Assembly: GCA_964446915.1 (NCBI GenBank)
Contig: CAYUQG010000001.1
Coordinates: 1 to 29,645, forward strand
Reading direction: 5' to 3'
Origin: Candidatus Woesearchaeota archaeon
GTDB lineage: Archaea > Nanobdellota > Nanobdellia > Pacearchaeales > GW2011-AR1
DNA: 29,645 nucleotides
Of this stretch, positions 16,323-23,349 are shown piece by piece. Every line of letters starts with the position of its first letter. Positions within the stretch are counted from its first letter, which is position 1. Position numbers and translations under genes: made by a program. Below the pieces are notes generated by a model. The model saw only the letters and a list, made by a program, of their open reading frames with translations. It had not been told where the DNA came from and did not search any database.

Positions 16323-16362
16323 AAACACCCACAAACAGCCGTTTAAACACCCACAAACAGCC
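16323..16362. repeat. iteron-like direct repeat: 2 x AAACACCCACAAACAGCC with 22-bp period
   Basis: Perfect 18-mers at 16323-16340 and 16345-16362. They lie about 135-175 bp upstream of the paralog B start. Confidence 0.9.
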
Positions 16363-16711
16363 AAATATGCAAAAATTTGGGTTTTTACAAAAATTAATAA
16401 ATTCAAAACTCCTTAAAGAAAATGAAAAAGAGTTGAAAGGAGTTTTTATTATTGGAAAAAATTACAAGCACGAGTTTAGAAGCAAAATTGAATGCTGATT
16501 GTGGCAACTCTTGGTTTCACAATCGCATTAACATAGAGGTAAATAATTTTTGATCTTTCCCAATCGCTTGTGATTTGGCTTACAAAAGTCCAAAACATTT
16601 TAGCAATTAACATCTTAACACCAATATTTATAACAGTTTTTTTCAATTTTATTGATCCTTCTTATATCTAACCTTCTAAAAAACAATTCTGTAATCCCTT
16701 AACTAAGCTAG

Positions 16712-16725
16712 CCTTAGTGCACGAA
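16712..16725 (+). repeat. 14-bp direct repeat CCTTAGTGCACGAA (copy 1)
   Basis: Identical to 17132-17145. It contains the palindrome GTGCAC. Confidence 0.9.
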
Positions 16726-16741
16726 AAACAAATTTCAAAAA

Positions 16742-16891
16742 TTAGAAAGGAATTTTATGATCCTCTTTTTCAAGAGCATTTCTATAACCTTTATGATAGC
16801 CAATCCAAAAAAGACCAGAATCATAAAAAGAACCCAATTTAGTTTCCTTGATATCTTTAGTTTTTGCTTTTTGGCCTTCTTCTAAACACAT
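16742..16891 (-). CDS. possible 49-aa ORF (MCLEEGQKAKTKDIKETKLGSFYDSGLFWIGYHKGYRNALEKEDHKIPF)
   Basis: Hand-translated and below the track length cut-off. It is the only ATG-initiated frame of this size between the two 14-bp repeats. There is no homology evidence. Confidence 0.2.
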   Translation of the reverse strand: MCLEEGQKAKTKDIKETKLGSFYDSGLFWIGYHKGYRNALEKEDHKIPF

Positions 16892-17131
16892 AAATCAATA
16901 TCTGAATCAATTTCTTTTGTATTTCTTCACACAAAAACAAAAAAGGATGGTCTGCATTTTTACTTATTTTTTTAATTCCCCTAAAAATAGCTTTCCAAAT
17001 CTTTCTTTTTTATAACTCTAAACCCCTTCAAGATTTATAAAAATTCCTACAAAAATCAACAAAATTAAAATTCACACACAAAATCATTCACTAAGGGCAC
17101 CCTAACTTCCCGTGCACAATAAATTTATAAA

Positions 17132-17145
17132 CCTTAGTGCACGAA
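17132..17145 (+). repeat. 14-bp direct repeat CCTTAGTGCACGAA (copy 2), between TATA 17124-17131 and ATG 17153
   Basis: Identical to 16712-16725. It covers the expected transcription start of the HAD-like gene. Confidence 0.9.
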
Positions 17146-17152
17146 TATATGA

Positions 17153-17815
17153 ATGAAAGAGGCAGGCAAGAAGAGGTGTTCCAGAATAAAATCTATAATA
17201 TTTGATATTGGCGGTGTTTTAGAGTTGGGTGAAGCACAAAAAAAAATAAAAGGTTGCTATCATACAAAAGGTGTTCATGAATATGTTGCATCTAAGCTTA
17301 AGATTTCTTTAGACCAATATTTTGATTCAATTGATACTGTTTTTGCAGAATCAATGCAAGGTCAGGTTTTAAAACCAATGCTTTTGAAAGTTCTTTCTCA
17401 AAATTTAAAAAAATCTCAAAAAGAAATTGAAAAGCTTTTTCACAAAGCGTACAAAAAAAAATTCAAAACAAACAAAGAACTTTACAAATTTGTATTTAAA
17501 TTAAGGAAAAAAGGGTATCAGATTGCGATTCTTTCAGATCAATGGCATTTATCTGCTGATGTTTTTGCACCAAAAAAGCGCATGAAAAAATTCAACACAG
17601 TTGTTATCTCATGTGAAGTTGGAATGCGAAAACCAAATCCAAAAATTTACAAGCTTGTGTTAAGGAGGTTAAAAATAAAAGTTTCTGAAGCAATTTTCAT
17701 TGATAACCAAAAATGGAATATAGAACCTGCAAAAAAACTTGGAATTAATACAATTCTTTACAAGAACAATAAACAATTGTTTGGACAGCTGTCCAAATGG
17801 GGAATTGAATGTTAA
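17153..17815 (+). CDS. HAD-superfamily hydrolase-like protein (off-consensus motifs I and IV)
   Basis: Motif I IIFDIGGVL, motif II ILSDQ, motif III RKPNPKIY, motif IV FIDNQ. Confidence 0.7.
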   Translation: MKEAGKKRCSRIKSIIFDIGGVLELGEAQKKIKGCYHTKGVHEYVASKLKISLDQYFDSIDTVFAESMQGQVLKPMLLKVLSQNLKKSQKEIEKLFHKAYKKKFKTNKELYKFVFKLRKKGYQIAILSDQWHLSADVFAPKKRMKKFNTVVISCEVGMRKPNPKIYKLVLRRLKIKVSEAIFIDNQKWNIEPAKKLGINTILYKNNKQLFGQLSKWGIEC

Positions 17816-18300
17816 AACCAAAGTTAGTAATTTTACGTGGAAGACCAACAAGTGGAAAATCAACTGCTTGGCACACTTTGAAAAAAAATAAGTCCCTCAA
17901 AAAATGGAGGTTTATAGATCATGTTTCTTTGAAAAATAAATTAGGAAAAGAAGAAGGAAAGTTAGCCCTTATGGAAGAGCTAAAAACTGCAATGAAAAAA
18001 AAAGAAAATATCTTGATCGAAGAAATGTATGAAAAAACTCTAAAAAAATATATAAAATATTATTTGGAAAGATATAATTATAAAATAATCACTTTCCAAT
18101 TTTTTGTTTCTACAAAAACAGCATATAAAAGAGACATCCAAAGGGCAAAAGAAAAATGGCACCCTAAAATGGGAAAAAAACGGATAAAACAAATGCATGA
18201 TTTGCATGATAAGATAGCAGACCCTAAGGGAATTTTGGTAGATACTGATAAATTAAACAAAAAACAGGTGGTAACACTTATACTTAAAAATTTAAAATGA
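17809..18300 (+). CDS. P-loop kinase-like protein (AAA_33 / zeta-toxin / polynucleotide-kinase-like fold)
   Basis: Walker A GRPTSGKST at residues 11-19 of a 163-aa protein. It overlaps the HAD gene by 7 nt and the recombinase gene by 4 nt (ATGA). Confidence 0.6.
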   Translation: MLKPKLVILRGRPTSGKSTAWHTLKKNKSLKKWRFIDHVSLKNKLGKEEGKLALMEELKTAMKKKENILIEEMYEKTLKKYIKYYLERYNYKIITFQFFVSTKTAYKRDIQRAKEKWHPKMGKKRIKQMHDLHDKIADPKGILVDTDKLNKKQVVTLILKNLK

Positions 18301-19073
18301 CCTCTCAAACCCAAAAACCATTAGCAGCAATTTATGTGCGTGTTTCAACAGAAGAACAAGTAAGACAAGGTGTTTCTTTAGCTGCTCAAGAAGAAGCTTT
18401 GCAGAATTATGCAAAAGCATTGGGTTATGACTTGTTTAAAATTTACAAAGATGAGGGAAGGTCTGGAAAAGACATTAAGGGTCGGCCTGAGATGGTGCAA
18501 TTGCTTAAAGATGCAGAAGTTCGAAAGTTTCAGGCAATTTTTATTTACAAATTAGACCGGTTTTCCAGAAGTTTGATCGATTTAATTGAAACAATTGAAA
18601 AACTTAAACAATGGAATATTGATTTTGTTTCATTGCAAGACAAGATTGAGACAACTTCTGCAAGCGGAAAGTTAATGTTTCATGTTATTTCGGCTTTTGC
18701 AGAATTTGAACGAAATGTTACAAGTGAACGAACAAAGTTTTCAATGGATAAACAAGCAAGAGATGGAAAAGTTGTTTCGCGTGCACCTTTTGGTTACAAA
18801 CTTGAAAACAAAAAAATGATTCAAGCTGAAAACTCACTTCAAGTTCAAGAACTTTTCCAAGAATTTTTAAATAATGAAATAAGCTTAACAAAACTTGCAA
18901 AAAAATACAACTTTTCTGTAAATGGTTTAAAAAAAGTTCTCACAAACCAAACATATCTTGGAAAAATAAAGTTCGACCACCAAACACATCAAGGAGAACA
19001 TCAACCACTGATTTCTTCAACCCTCTTCAATCACGTTCAAGATAAGTTAGAGAGGTTGGGGATAAAGAAGTAG
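18297..19073 (+). CDS. serine recombinase (resolvase catalytic domain plus recombinase domain, no zinc-ribbon/coiled-coil tail)
   Basis: AAIYVRVSTEEQ contains the catalytic Ser. Also present are GRSGKDIKGRPE, LDRFSRS and FAEFERN. The tail continues with PFGYKL...NQTYLGKIKF...HQPLISSTLFNHVQ, as in large serine recombinase RD domains. The gene is visibly more G+C-rich than its neighbours. Confidence 0.85.
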   Translation: MTSQTQKPLAAIYVRVSTEEQVRQGVSLAAQEEALQNYAKALGYDLFKIYKDEGRSGKDIKGRPEMVQLLKDAEVRKFQAIFIYKLDRFSRSLIDLIETIEKLKQWNIDFVSLQDKIETTSASGKLMFHVISAFAEFERNVTSERTKFSMDKQARDGKVVSRAPFGYKLENKKMIQAENSLQVQELFQEFLNNEISLTKLAKKYNFSVNGLKKVLTNQTYLGKIKFDHQTHQGEHQPLISSTLFNHVQDKLERLGIKK

Positions 19074-19178
19074 AAAGGTGGGACGGCCCCGACGAACGAT
19101 TGAAAAATAAGTGCACCCTTTTTAAATTGTTTTCTTAGAAGAGCATAATTCTTTTGTGTAATAAATACTTCAACAAAT

Positions 19179-19577
19179 TTATCTCTTTGAACTCTGTCTC
19201 TTTTTTCGAGCCTTAGAATCGCCAGGTTTGTAAGCTTCTTTTCTTCGAACATCTGCAACCAAAAGATTTCTATCATATGCAACAAAAATATCATTAAGTT
19301 CTTTTGAACCAGTAAATTTAATAATTGCTCTTGATAATGCAACTCGTGCAGCTTCAACTTGGCTTTTTTCTCCACCGCCACGCACAGAAATTTCACCATC
19401 AAAGTTTAAATCACCTAAAACACTTTTTGCAAGTTCTAATGGTTCTGCAATTTTTAGTCTATCAAATAACTGCAATTTTTCAAAAGGTTTTTTATTTATA
19501 TTAACTTTTCCAGAACCTTCTTTTAAAATAGCTTTTGCAACAGCACGTTTTCTTTTACCTGATTTAATTATTCTCAT
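19179..19577 (-). CDS. rps9: 30S ribosomal protein S9 (uS9)
   Basis: GKRKRAVAKA...VRGGGEKSQVEAARVALSRAI...DSKARKKRQSSKR is the canonical uS9 C-terminus. Confidence 0.95.
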   Translation of the reverse strand: MRIIKSGKRKRAVAKAILKEGSGKVNINKKPFEKLQLFDRLKIAEPLELAKSVLGDLNFDGEISVRGGGEKSQVEAARVALSRAIIKFTGSKELNDIFVAYDRNLLVADVRRKEAYKPGDSKARKKRQSSKR

Positions 19578-19965
19578 TATATGCCTCCTTTACACAAATA
19601 AATTTTCCTGTTTTTTCTTTTCCAAAACTTATTTTTTCTTTTCCATTAAATTCTTTAGGAATTCCATTATAACATTTTATTTTTTTCCAAGCCACCATTC
19701 CTCTTCCTTCTTGATGATCGGGCAACATTCCCCGAATACATCTTTTAACAATCTCAAAACTTGAACGAGAAATTTTGGGCCCTTTTTGTCCACTTCCAAC
19801 TCTTCCCCTTTTTATTTTAAAATTTTCTTGAATATTTTTTTTACTTCCAGTTATAATAACTTGGTCACAATTTACAATAGCAAATTCTTCTCCTTGCAAA
19901 GTTTGTTTTGCAATATAACTTGCAAGTCTTCCCAAAACAGCGTTTTTTCCGTCTATTATCTTCAT
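19564..19965 (-). CDS. rpl13: 50S ribosomal protein L13 (uL13)
   Basis: IIDGKNAVLGRLASYIAKQTLQGEEFAIVNCDQVIITG...IRGMLP. It sits between L18e and S9. Confidence 0.95.
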   Translation of the reverse strand: MKIIDGKNAVLGRLASYIAKQTLQGEEFAIVNCDQVIITGSKKNIQENFKIKRGRVGSGQKGPKISRSSFEIVKRCIRGMLPDHQEGRGMVAWKKIKCYNGIPKEFNGKEKISFGKEKTGKFICVKEAYNENN

Positions 19966-20330
19966 TCTATAATCTCCAATCCTTTTGCGTCTGGATTTTT
20001 TTTAATTTCTTCAATCATATTCAAAATTTTACAACCAGCTTTATTTAATTTTTCTTTTGCAATTTCAGAATAATTCAAGGCAGAGATTTCAAATTTTTTG
20101 TTAACTTCTCCTAAAGACAAAATTTTCCCAACAAAAAGGTATTTCCCATTTTCTTTTACTTTTTCATTTAAATCTTTTAAATTAATATTTTTTCTTTTTC
20201 TTCTCGGATAAGATAAAATTCCTGCCACTTTCAACCATCCTTTTGATTTTTTTGCAAGCAAAATAGTTTCAACTAAAATTGGGTTTGTTTTTTTCTTTAC
20301 TTGTTTTGAAATTTTTGTTTTTGTTTTCAT
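19962..20330 (-). CDS. rpl18e: 50S ribosomal protein L18e (eL18)
   Basis: 122 aa at the conserved position upstream of L13. The N-terminus TNPILVETILLAKKSKGWLKVAGILSYPRRKR is L18e-like. Confidence 0.85.
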   Translation of the reverse strand: MKTKTKISKQVKKKTNPILVETILLAKKSKGWLKVAGILSYPRRKRKNINLKDLNEKVKENGKYLFVGKILSLGEVNKKFEISALNYSEIAKEKLNKAGCKILNMIEEIKKNPDAKGLEIIE

Positions 20331-20418
20331 TTTGTTTTTGCAAGAAATATTACTTCCTGCTAACGCTTTTGACTCGCAGTTAAAAATTGAAGATTAGAAT
20401 GGTTTATAAATCTTTTTA

Positions 20419-20502
20419 TGCGGGTGAAAGGATTCGAACCTTCGTAAGCATGAAGCTAACAGATCTTGAGTCTGTCCCGTTTGACCGCTCCGGCACACCC
20501 GC
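20419..20502 (-). tRNA. tRNA-Leu (anticodon CAA), long variable arm, no encoded CCA
   Basis: The minus strand reads GCGGGTGTGCCGGAGCGGTCAAACGGGACAGACTCAAGATCTGTTAGCTTCATGCTTACGAAGGTTCGAATCCTTTCACCCGCA. Acceptor stem GCGGGTG/CACCCGC. Anticodon stem ACAGA/TCTGT with loop CTCAAGA. T-loop GGTTCGAATCC. TATA-like TTTTTTATAT lies about 30 nt upstream. Confidence 0.93.
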
Positions 20503-20550
20503 GTAATAATGAGAATACCAGAATTTGATCATATAAAAAACTTTAGAAAA

Positions 20551-21261
20551 CTATTTTAATTTTTTTTCAAGTTCAGTTAAATCTTTTTTTAAAACATTAA
20601 CAGCTTTTTTGAAAATATTTTCAGAATCAATTTGCCCAAATGATTCTAAAGAGATTATAAGTTCATTTGTTTTGATGATTTCAGGTGGTTTGTTATTTTT
20701 TTCACAAATAAATTCACATCTGTCAGCAACTTCTTTTTTTTGATTATCTAAAACAATAATTTTATTTGCTTTTTCTTTTATTTCATTATTTTGACATGCC
20801 TTTTTTATTTCTTCAGATAAGCTTTTAAAAATGCTTAATTCTAAGACTTCTCTGTAAAACATTAACCCTGGAGAAAATTTTGCATGATCCTTCCCTTTTC
20901 CAAATTTTCCCGTTGCTGTTAACTTAAGTTCTTGGCCTTTACTTAATGTAGTTAAAGGAATTTTATCATAAACAATTCCAGCACCTGTTAGTTCTCCTGA
21001 ATAAATAACCCCCTCCTTTTTTGAAGCAAGAATGATTTTTGTTTTTTTCTCATCTAAATGGTTTTCCATTTTAATTGGAACTAAACCAATTCTATGTGCA
21101 ATAGTTTCATCATATAGGGGAGAATCATTTTTTGAAATTTCAATATCTTCGATGGCAAAAACAGGAATTTCATTTATGTATCTTCGAATAGCATTTGCCA
21201 AACTTTCATTTATTTCTACTCTAAAAACAAGCGAATTTTCTTTTTTTTCTATTTGTTCCAT
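20551..21261 (-). CDS. rpoD: DNA-directed RNA polymerase subunit D (Rpo3)
   Basis: NSLVFRVEINESLANAIRRYINEIPVFAIEDIEISKNDSPLYDETIAHRIGLVPI is the Rpo3/RpoA-like dimerisation domain. The gene sits between S11 and L18e. Confidence 0.9.
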   Translation of the reverse strand: MEQIEKKENSLVFRVEINESLANAIRRYINEIPVFAIEDIEISKNDSPLYDETIAHRIGLVPIKMENHLDEKKTKIILASKKEGVIYSGELTGAGIVYDKIPLTTLSKGQELKLTATGKFGKGKDHAKFSPGLMFYREVLELSIFKSLSEEIKKACQNNEIKEKANKIIVLDNQKKEVADRCEFICEKNNKPPEIIKTNELIISLESFGQIDSENIFKKAVNVLKKDLTELEKKLK

Positions 21262-21290
21262 TTTCTAAGATATTTTATTTACTTTTAAAT

Positions 21291-21764
21291 TTATGGTCTT
21301 CTTCCACGCCTTCCACCTTTCTTTTTTGGTCCCCCTCTCGGAAGTCTTGTTGTATCAAGTATATTTAAAATTTTAAACCCTTCCCGCGTTAAACTTTTAA
21401 TTATTGCATGTGCTCCTGGACCGGGAGCAGGATTTCTTGTTTTTGCACGAATTTGAACATATAAAGACTTTACATTTATTTCTTTTAAATTTTCAGCAAT
21501 TCTCTTTGCAATAAACATAGCAATTGTTGGATTTGCTCTAAGGCGATCATGCTTTGTGACCATCCCCCCCGTAACTTTTGTCAAGGTTCTTCCAGACATA
21601 TCTGTAACATGGACAATTGTATTATTAAAAGATGCATAGATATGCATAACAGCTTCAGATTCTTTTTTTTGTTTTTCTTTTTGGGGCAATTCTAATCTTT
21701 TTTCAACAACATTCTCTTCAACCTTTGCAACAACTTTTTTATCTTCTATTTTCTTTTTAAGCAT
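21291..21764 (-). CDS. rps11: 30S ribosomal protein S11 (uS11) with about 40-aa lysine/glutamate-rich N-terminal extension
   Basis: HIYASFNNTIVHVTDMSGRTL...PGPGAHAIIKSLTREGFKI..TRLPRGGPKKKGGRRGRR. Confidence 0.92.
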   Translation of the reverse strand: MLKKKIEDKKVVAKVEENVVEKRLELPQKEKQKKESEAVMHIYASFNNTIVHVTDMSGRTLTKVTGGMVTKHDRLRANPTIAMFIAKRIAENLKEINVKSLYVQIRAKTRNPAPGPGAHAIIKSLTREGFKILNILDTTRLPRGGPKKKGGRRGRRP

Positions 21765-21859
21765 TTTTTTAGTTTAGGTTTATTTTATTTAGCGACTTTT
21801 TGATTTTCTTCAACAACTCCTTTTCTCCTTTCAACTTTTTTATCTTCTATTTTCTTTTT
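21731..21859. repeat. 28-nt perfect direct repeat CAACTTTTTTATCTTCTATTTTCTTTTT (21731-21758 and 21832-21859)
   Basis: Counted directly. One copy encodes the S11 N-terminus (KKKIEDKKV) and the other the S4 C-terminal tail (KKKIEDKKV). Confidence 0.9.
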
Positions 21860-22300
21860 TTCTTTTATTAATATTTTATTTTCAAGAAAAACAGGAACAA
21901 TATAGGAAGGACTATCAATTAATTGACCATCAACCAAAACTTTTTTATGGGTTATTAATTGTCTTGCTTGTCTAGGGGTTTTAACAAGATTTTTATCAAT
22001 TAAAACTGTTTGAAGACGTCTTTTTAGATAATCTTCAACATTTAAAGATAAAACTTCTGCAAGAGACATTACTTTTATCCCTATTTTTCCTAACTGCTCA
22101 AAAAATTCCCTTTTCTTTATTTGATTTGCGGAAATTGATTTTTTTGCTTTTTCCCGAATAGAATTAATTTTTGCCTGTGCCCTCCAAATTTCTTTTTTAT
22201 TTTTTAAACCAAACTTTTTTTTAAGTTTTGCTTCTTCTTCAATCCTTCCTTTATCAAAAGGCGTTTTCGGTCTTGAATACATTTTGTGTTTTCTTTTCAT
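21785..22300 (-). CDS. rps4: 30S ribosomal protein S4 (uS4)
   Basis: KMYSRPKTPFDKGRIEEEAKLKKKFGLKNKKEIWRAQ plus the S4 RNA-binding domain (RLQTVLIDKNLVKTPRQARQLITHKKVLVDGQ). Confidence 0.93.
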   Translation of the reverse strand: MKRKHKMYSRPKTPFDKGRIEEEAKLKKKFGLKNKKEIWRAQAKINSIREKAKKSISANQIKKREFFEQLGKIGIKVMSLAEVLSLNVEDYLKRRLQTVLIDKNLVKTPRQARQLITHKKVLVDGQLIDSPSYIVPVFLENKILIKEKKKIEDKKVERRKGVVEENQKVAK

Positions 22301-22806
22301 TTTATTTGTTTTCTGTTTCCCATTTGGCTGATTTTAGTTGCAGGAATTTTATTTTTCTTTTTAATTCCCCCTGCTTTTTTTCTATTCTTTCTAAAGTTGC
22401 TTCTTGTTTTTTGCCCTCTTACAGGCAATCCCGCAGTATGACGTATCCCCCGATAAGATTTTATTTTTTTTAAACGTTTAATATCAAATTCCTTTTTTAA
22501 TTCTAAATCACTTCCTACTAAATATTGGTTTTCACACGTTTCAAAATCTTTAAGACGATTGAATAAAAATTTTGGAAGTTCTGGATTTTTCACAAATTTG
22601 GAAATCTTTTCAATTTCTTGACTTGTTAGAGAACCAATTGTTCTTTTTTTATCAATTTTTAAGATTTTGCAAATAGCATTTGAAACACTCCAAGAAATTC
22701 CCTTTATCTTTGTTAAACCAGCATAAATTGTCATTTTTCCTTCTATATCTTTTGACAAAATTCTTACAATTCTTTCTTCGTATTGTTTTTTTTCTTTTTC
22801 ATCCAT
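22297..22806 (-). CDS. rps13: 30S ribosomal protein S13 (uS13)
   Basis: IVRILSKDIEGKMTIYAGLTKIKGISWSVSNAICK...YRGIRHTAGLPVRGQKTRSN. The ATG at 22806 is preferred to the upstream track start at 22836, which overlaps the preceding gene. Confidence 0.92.
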   Translation of the reverse strand: MDEKEKKQYEERIVRILSKDIEGKMTIYAGLTKIKGISWSVSNAICKILKIDKKRTIGSLTSQEIEKISKFVKNPELPKFLFNRLKDFETCENQYLVGSDLELKKEFDIKRLKKIKSYRGIRHTAGLPVRGQKTRSNFRKNRKKAGGIKKKNKIPATKISQMGNRKQIK

Positions 22807-22807
22807 T

Positions 22808-23344
22808 TTAATGCACAAATAAATTATATCTTTCAAGATTTATCAACTCCTTAAAAATCCTTTTCTCAATCGCTTTTTCAGGATCTGGAAGATTTTGAAC
22901 CCGCTTCTTTAAATCTTCAAAAGATTTAAAAAAGGTTTCTTTTCTCTGTCTTAATATTTCTTGCATATGTTTTTTTCCTAAACCAGGAATTAATTCAATT
23001 TGGTGAATTCTTTTATTTATTGCTTCTGCAGTGTTAAAGAAGCTCACGAATTTTTCTTCTTTTTCTTTGACAATTTTTTTTAAAAAGTCTTGTAATCTTT
23101 CTTTAGCAGATTCTGTTATTTTTTCCCGGTTGAGTCTGCCAAGAACATAATAGATTTTATCTCTTTTTCCCTCGCCAATATAGACCCTTTCTCCAATCTC
23201 TAAATCAATCCCCCTTCTAGGAACCAATTCTAAAAGAGTCAAGTTTATTTCCCCTATAGCTTGTGCTAACGGCATCATTTTTCCTTCCAAGGGATACCCG
23301 TTTGGCAAATATTCTAGGACGATAGCATATTCTTCTTTTATCAT
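22808..23344 (-). CDS. DUF655/COG1491 OB-fold plus helix-hairpin-helix nucleic-acid-binding protein
   Basis: EEYAIVLEYLPNGYP...VYIGEG.RDKI...ELIPGLGKKHMQEILRQRKE.FKSFEDL. It occupies the conserved position after RpoF in archaea. Confidence 0.75.
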   Translation of the reverse strand: MIKEEYAIVLEYLPNGYPLEGKMMPLAQAIGEINLTLLELVPRRGIDLEIGERVYIGEGKRDKIYYVLGRLNREKITESAKERLQDFLKKIVKEKEEKFVSFFNTAEAINKRIHQIELIPGLGKKHMQEILRQRKETFFKSFEDLKKRVQNLPDPEKAIEKRIFKELINLERYNLFVH

Positions 23345-23349
23345 GTTCT

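Larger units (their letters stand above)
16712..19119. mobile_element. candidate serine-recombinase cassette or integrated element remnant
   Basis: Three overlapping plus-strand genes (HAD-like, P-loop kinase, serine recombinase) are bracketed by related sites. TAAGGGCACCCT at 17092-17103 and TAAGTGCACCCT at 19108-19119 match 11/12. TTAGTGCAC occurs at 16714 and 17134. The cassette interrupts a conserved gene order. Confidence 0.35.

Noticed and set aside
16441-16560. Stem GATTGTG-N14-CACAATC and repeated CAATCGC as a candidate small RNA
   Set aside because: It is a 7-bp stem with a large loop in AT-rich DNA, with no flanking promoter or terminator signals or box motifs. It is more simply explained as part of a decayed coding region.
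19078-19100. G+C-rich patch GGTGGGACGGCCCCGACGAACG downstream of the recombinase, as a possible tRNA 3' fragment (integration target)
   Set aside because: There is no T-loop (GTTCGAAT-like) or acceptor-like pairing on either strand. It does not match the tRNA-Leu in the window.
19037-19402. 121-aa ORF overlapping S9 and the recombinase 3' end
   Set aside because: It is an alternative frame of the rps9 region. S9 is unambiguous, and this product has no recognisable features.
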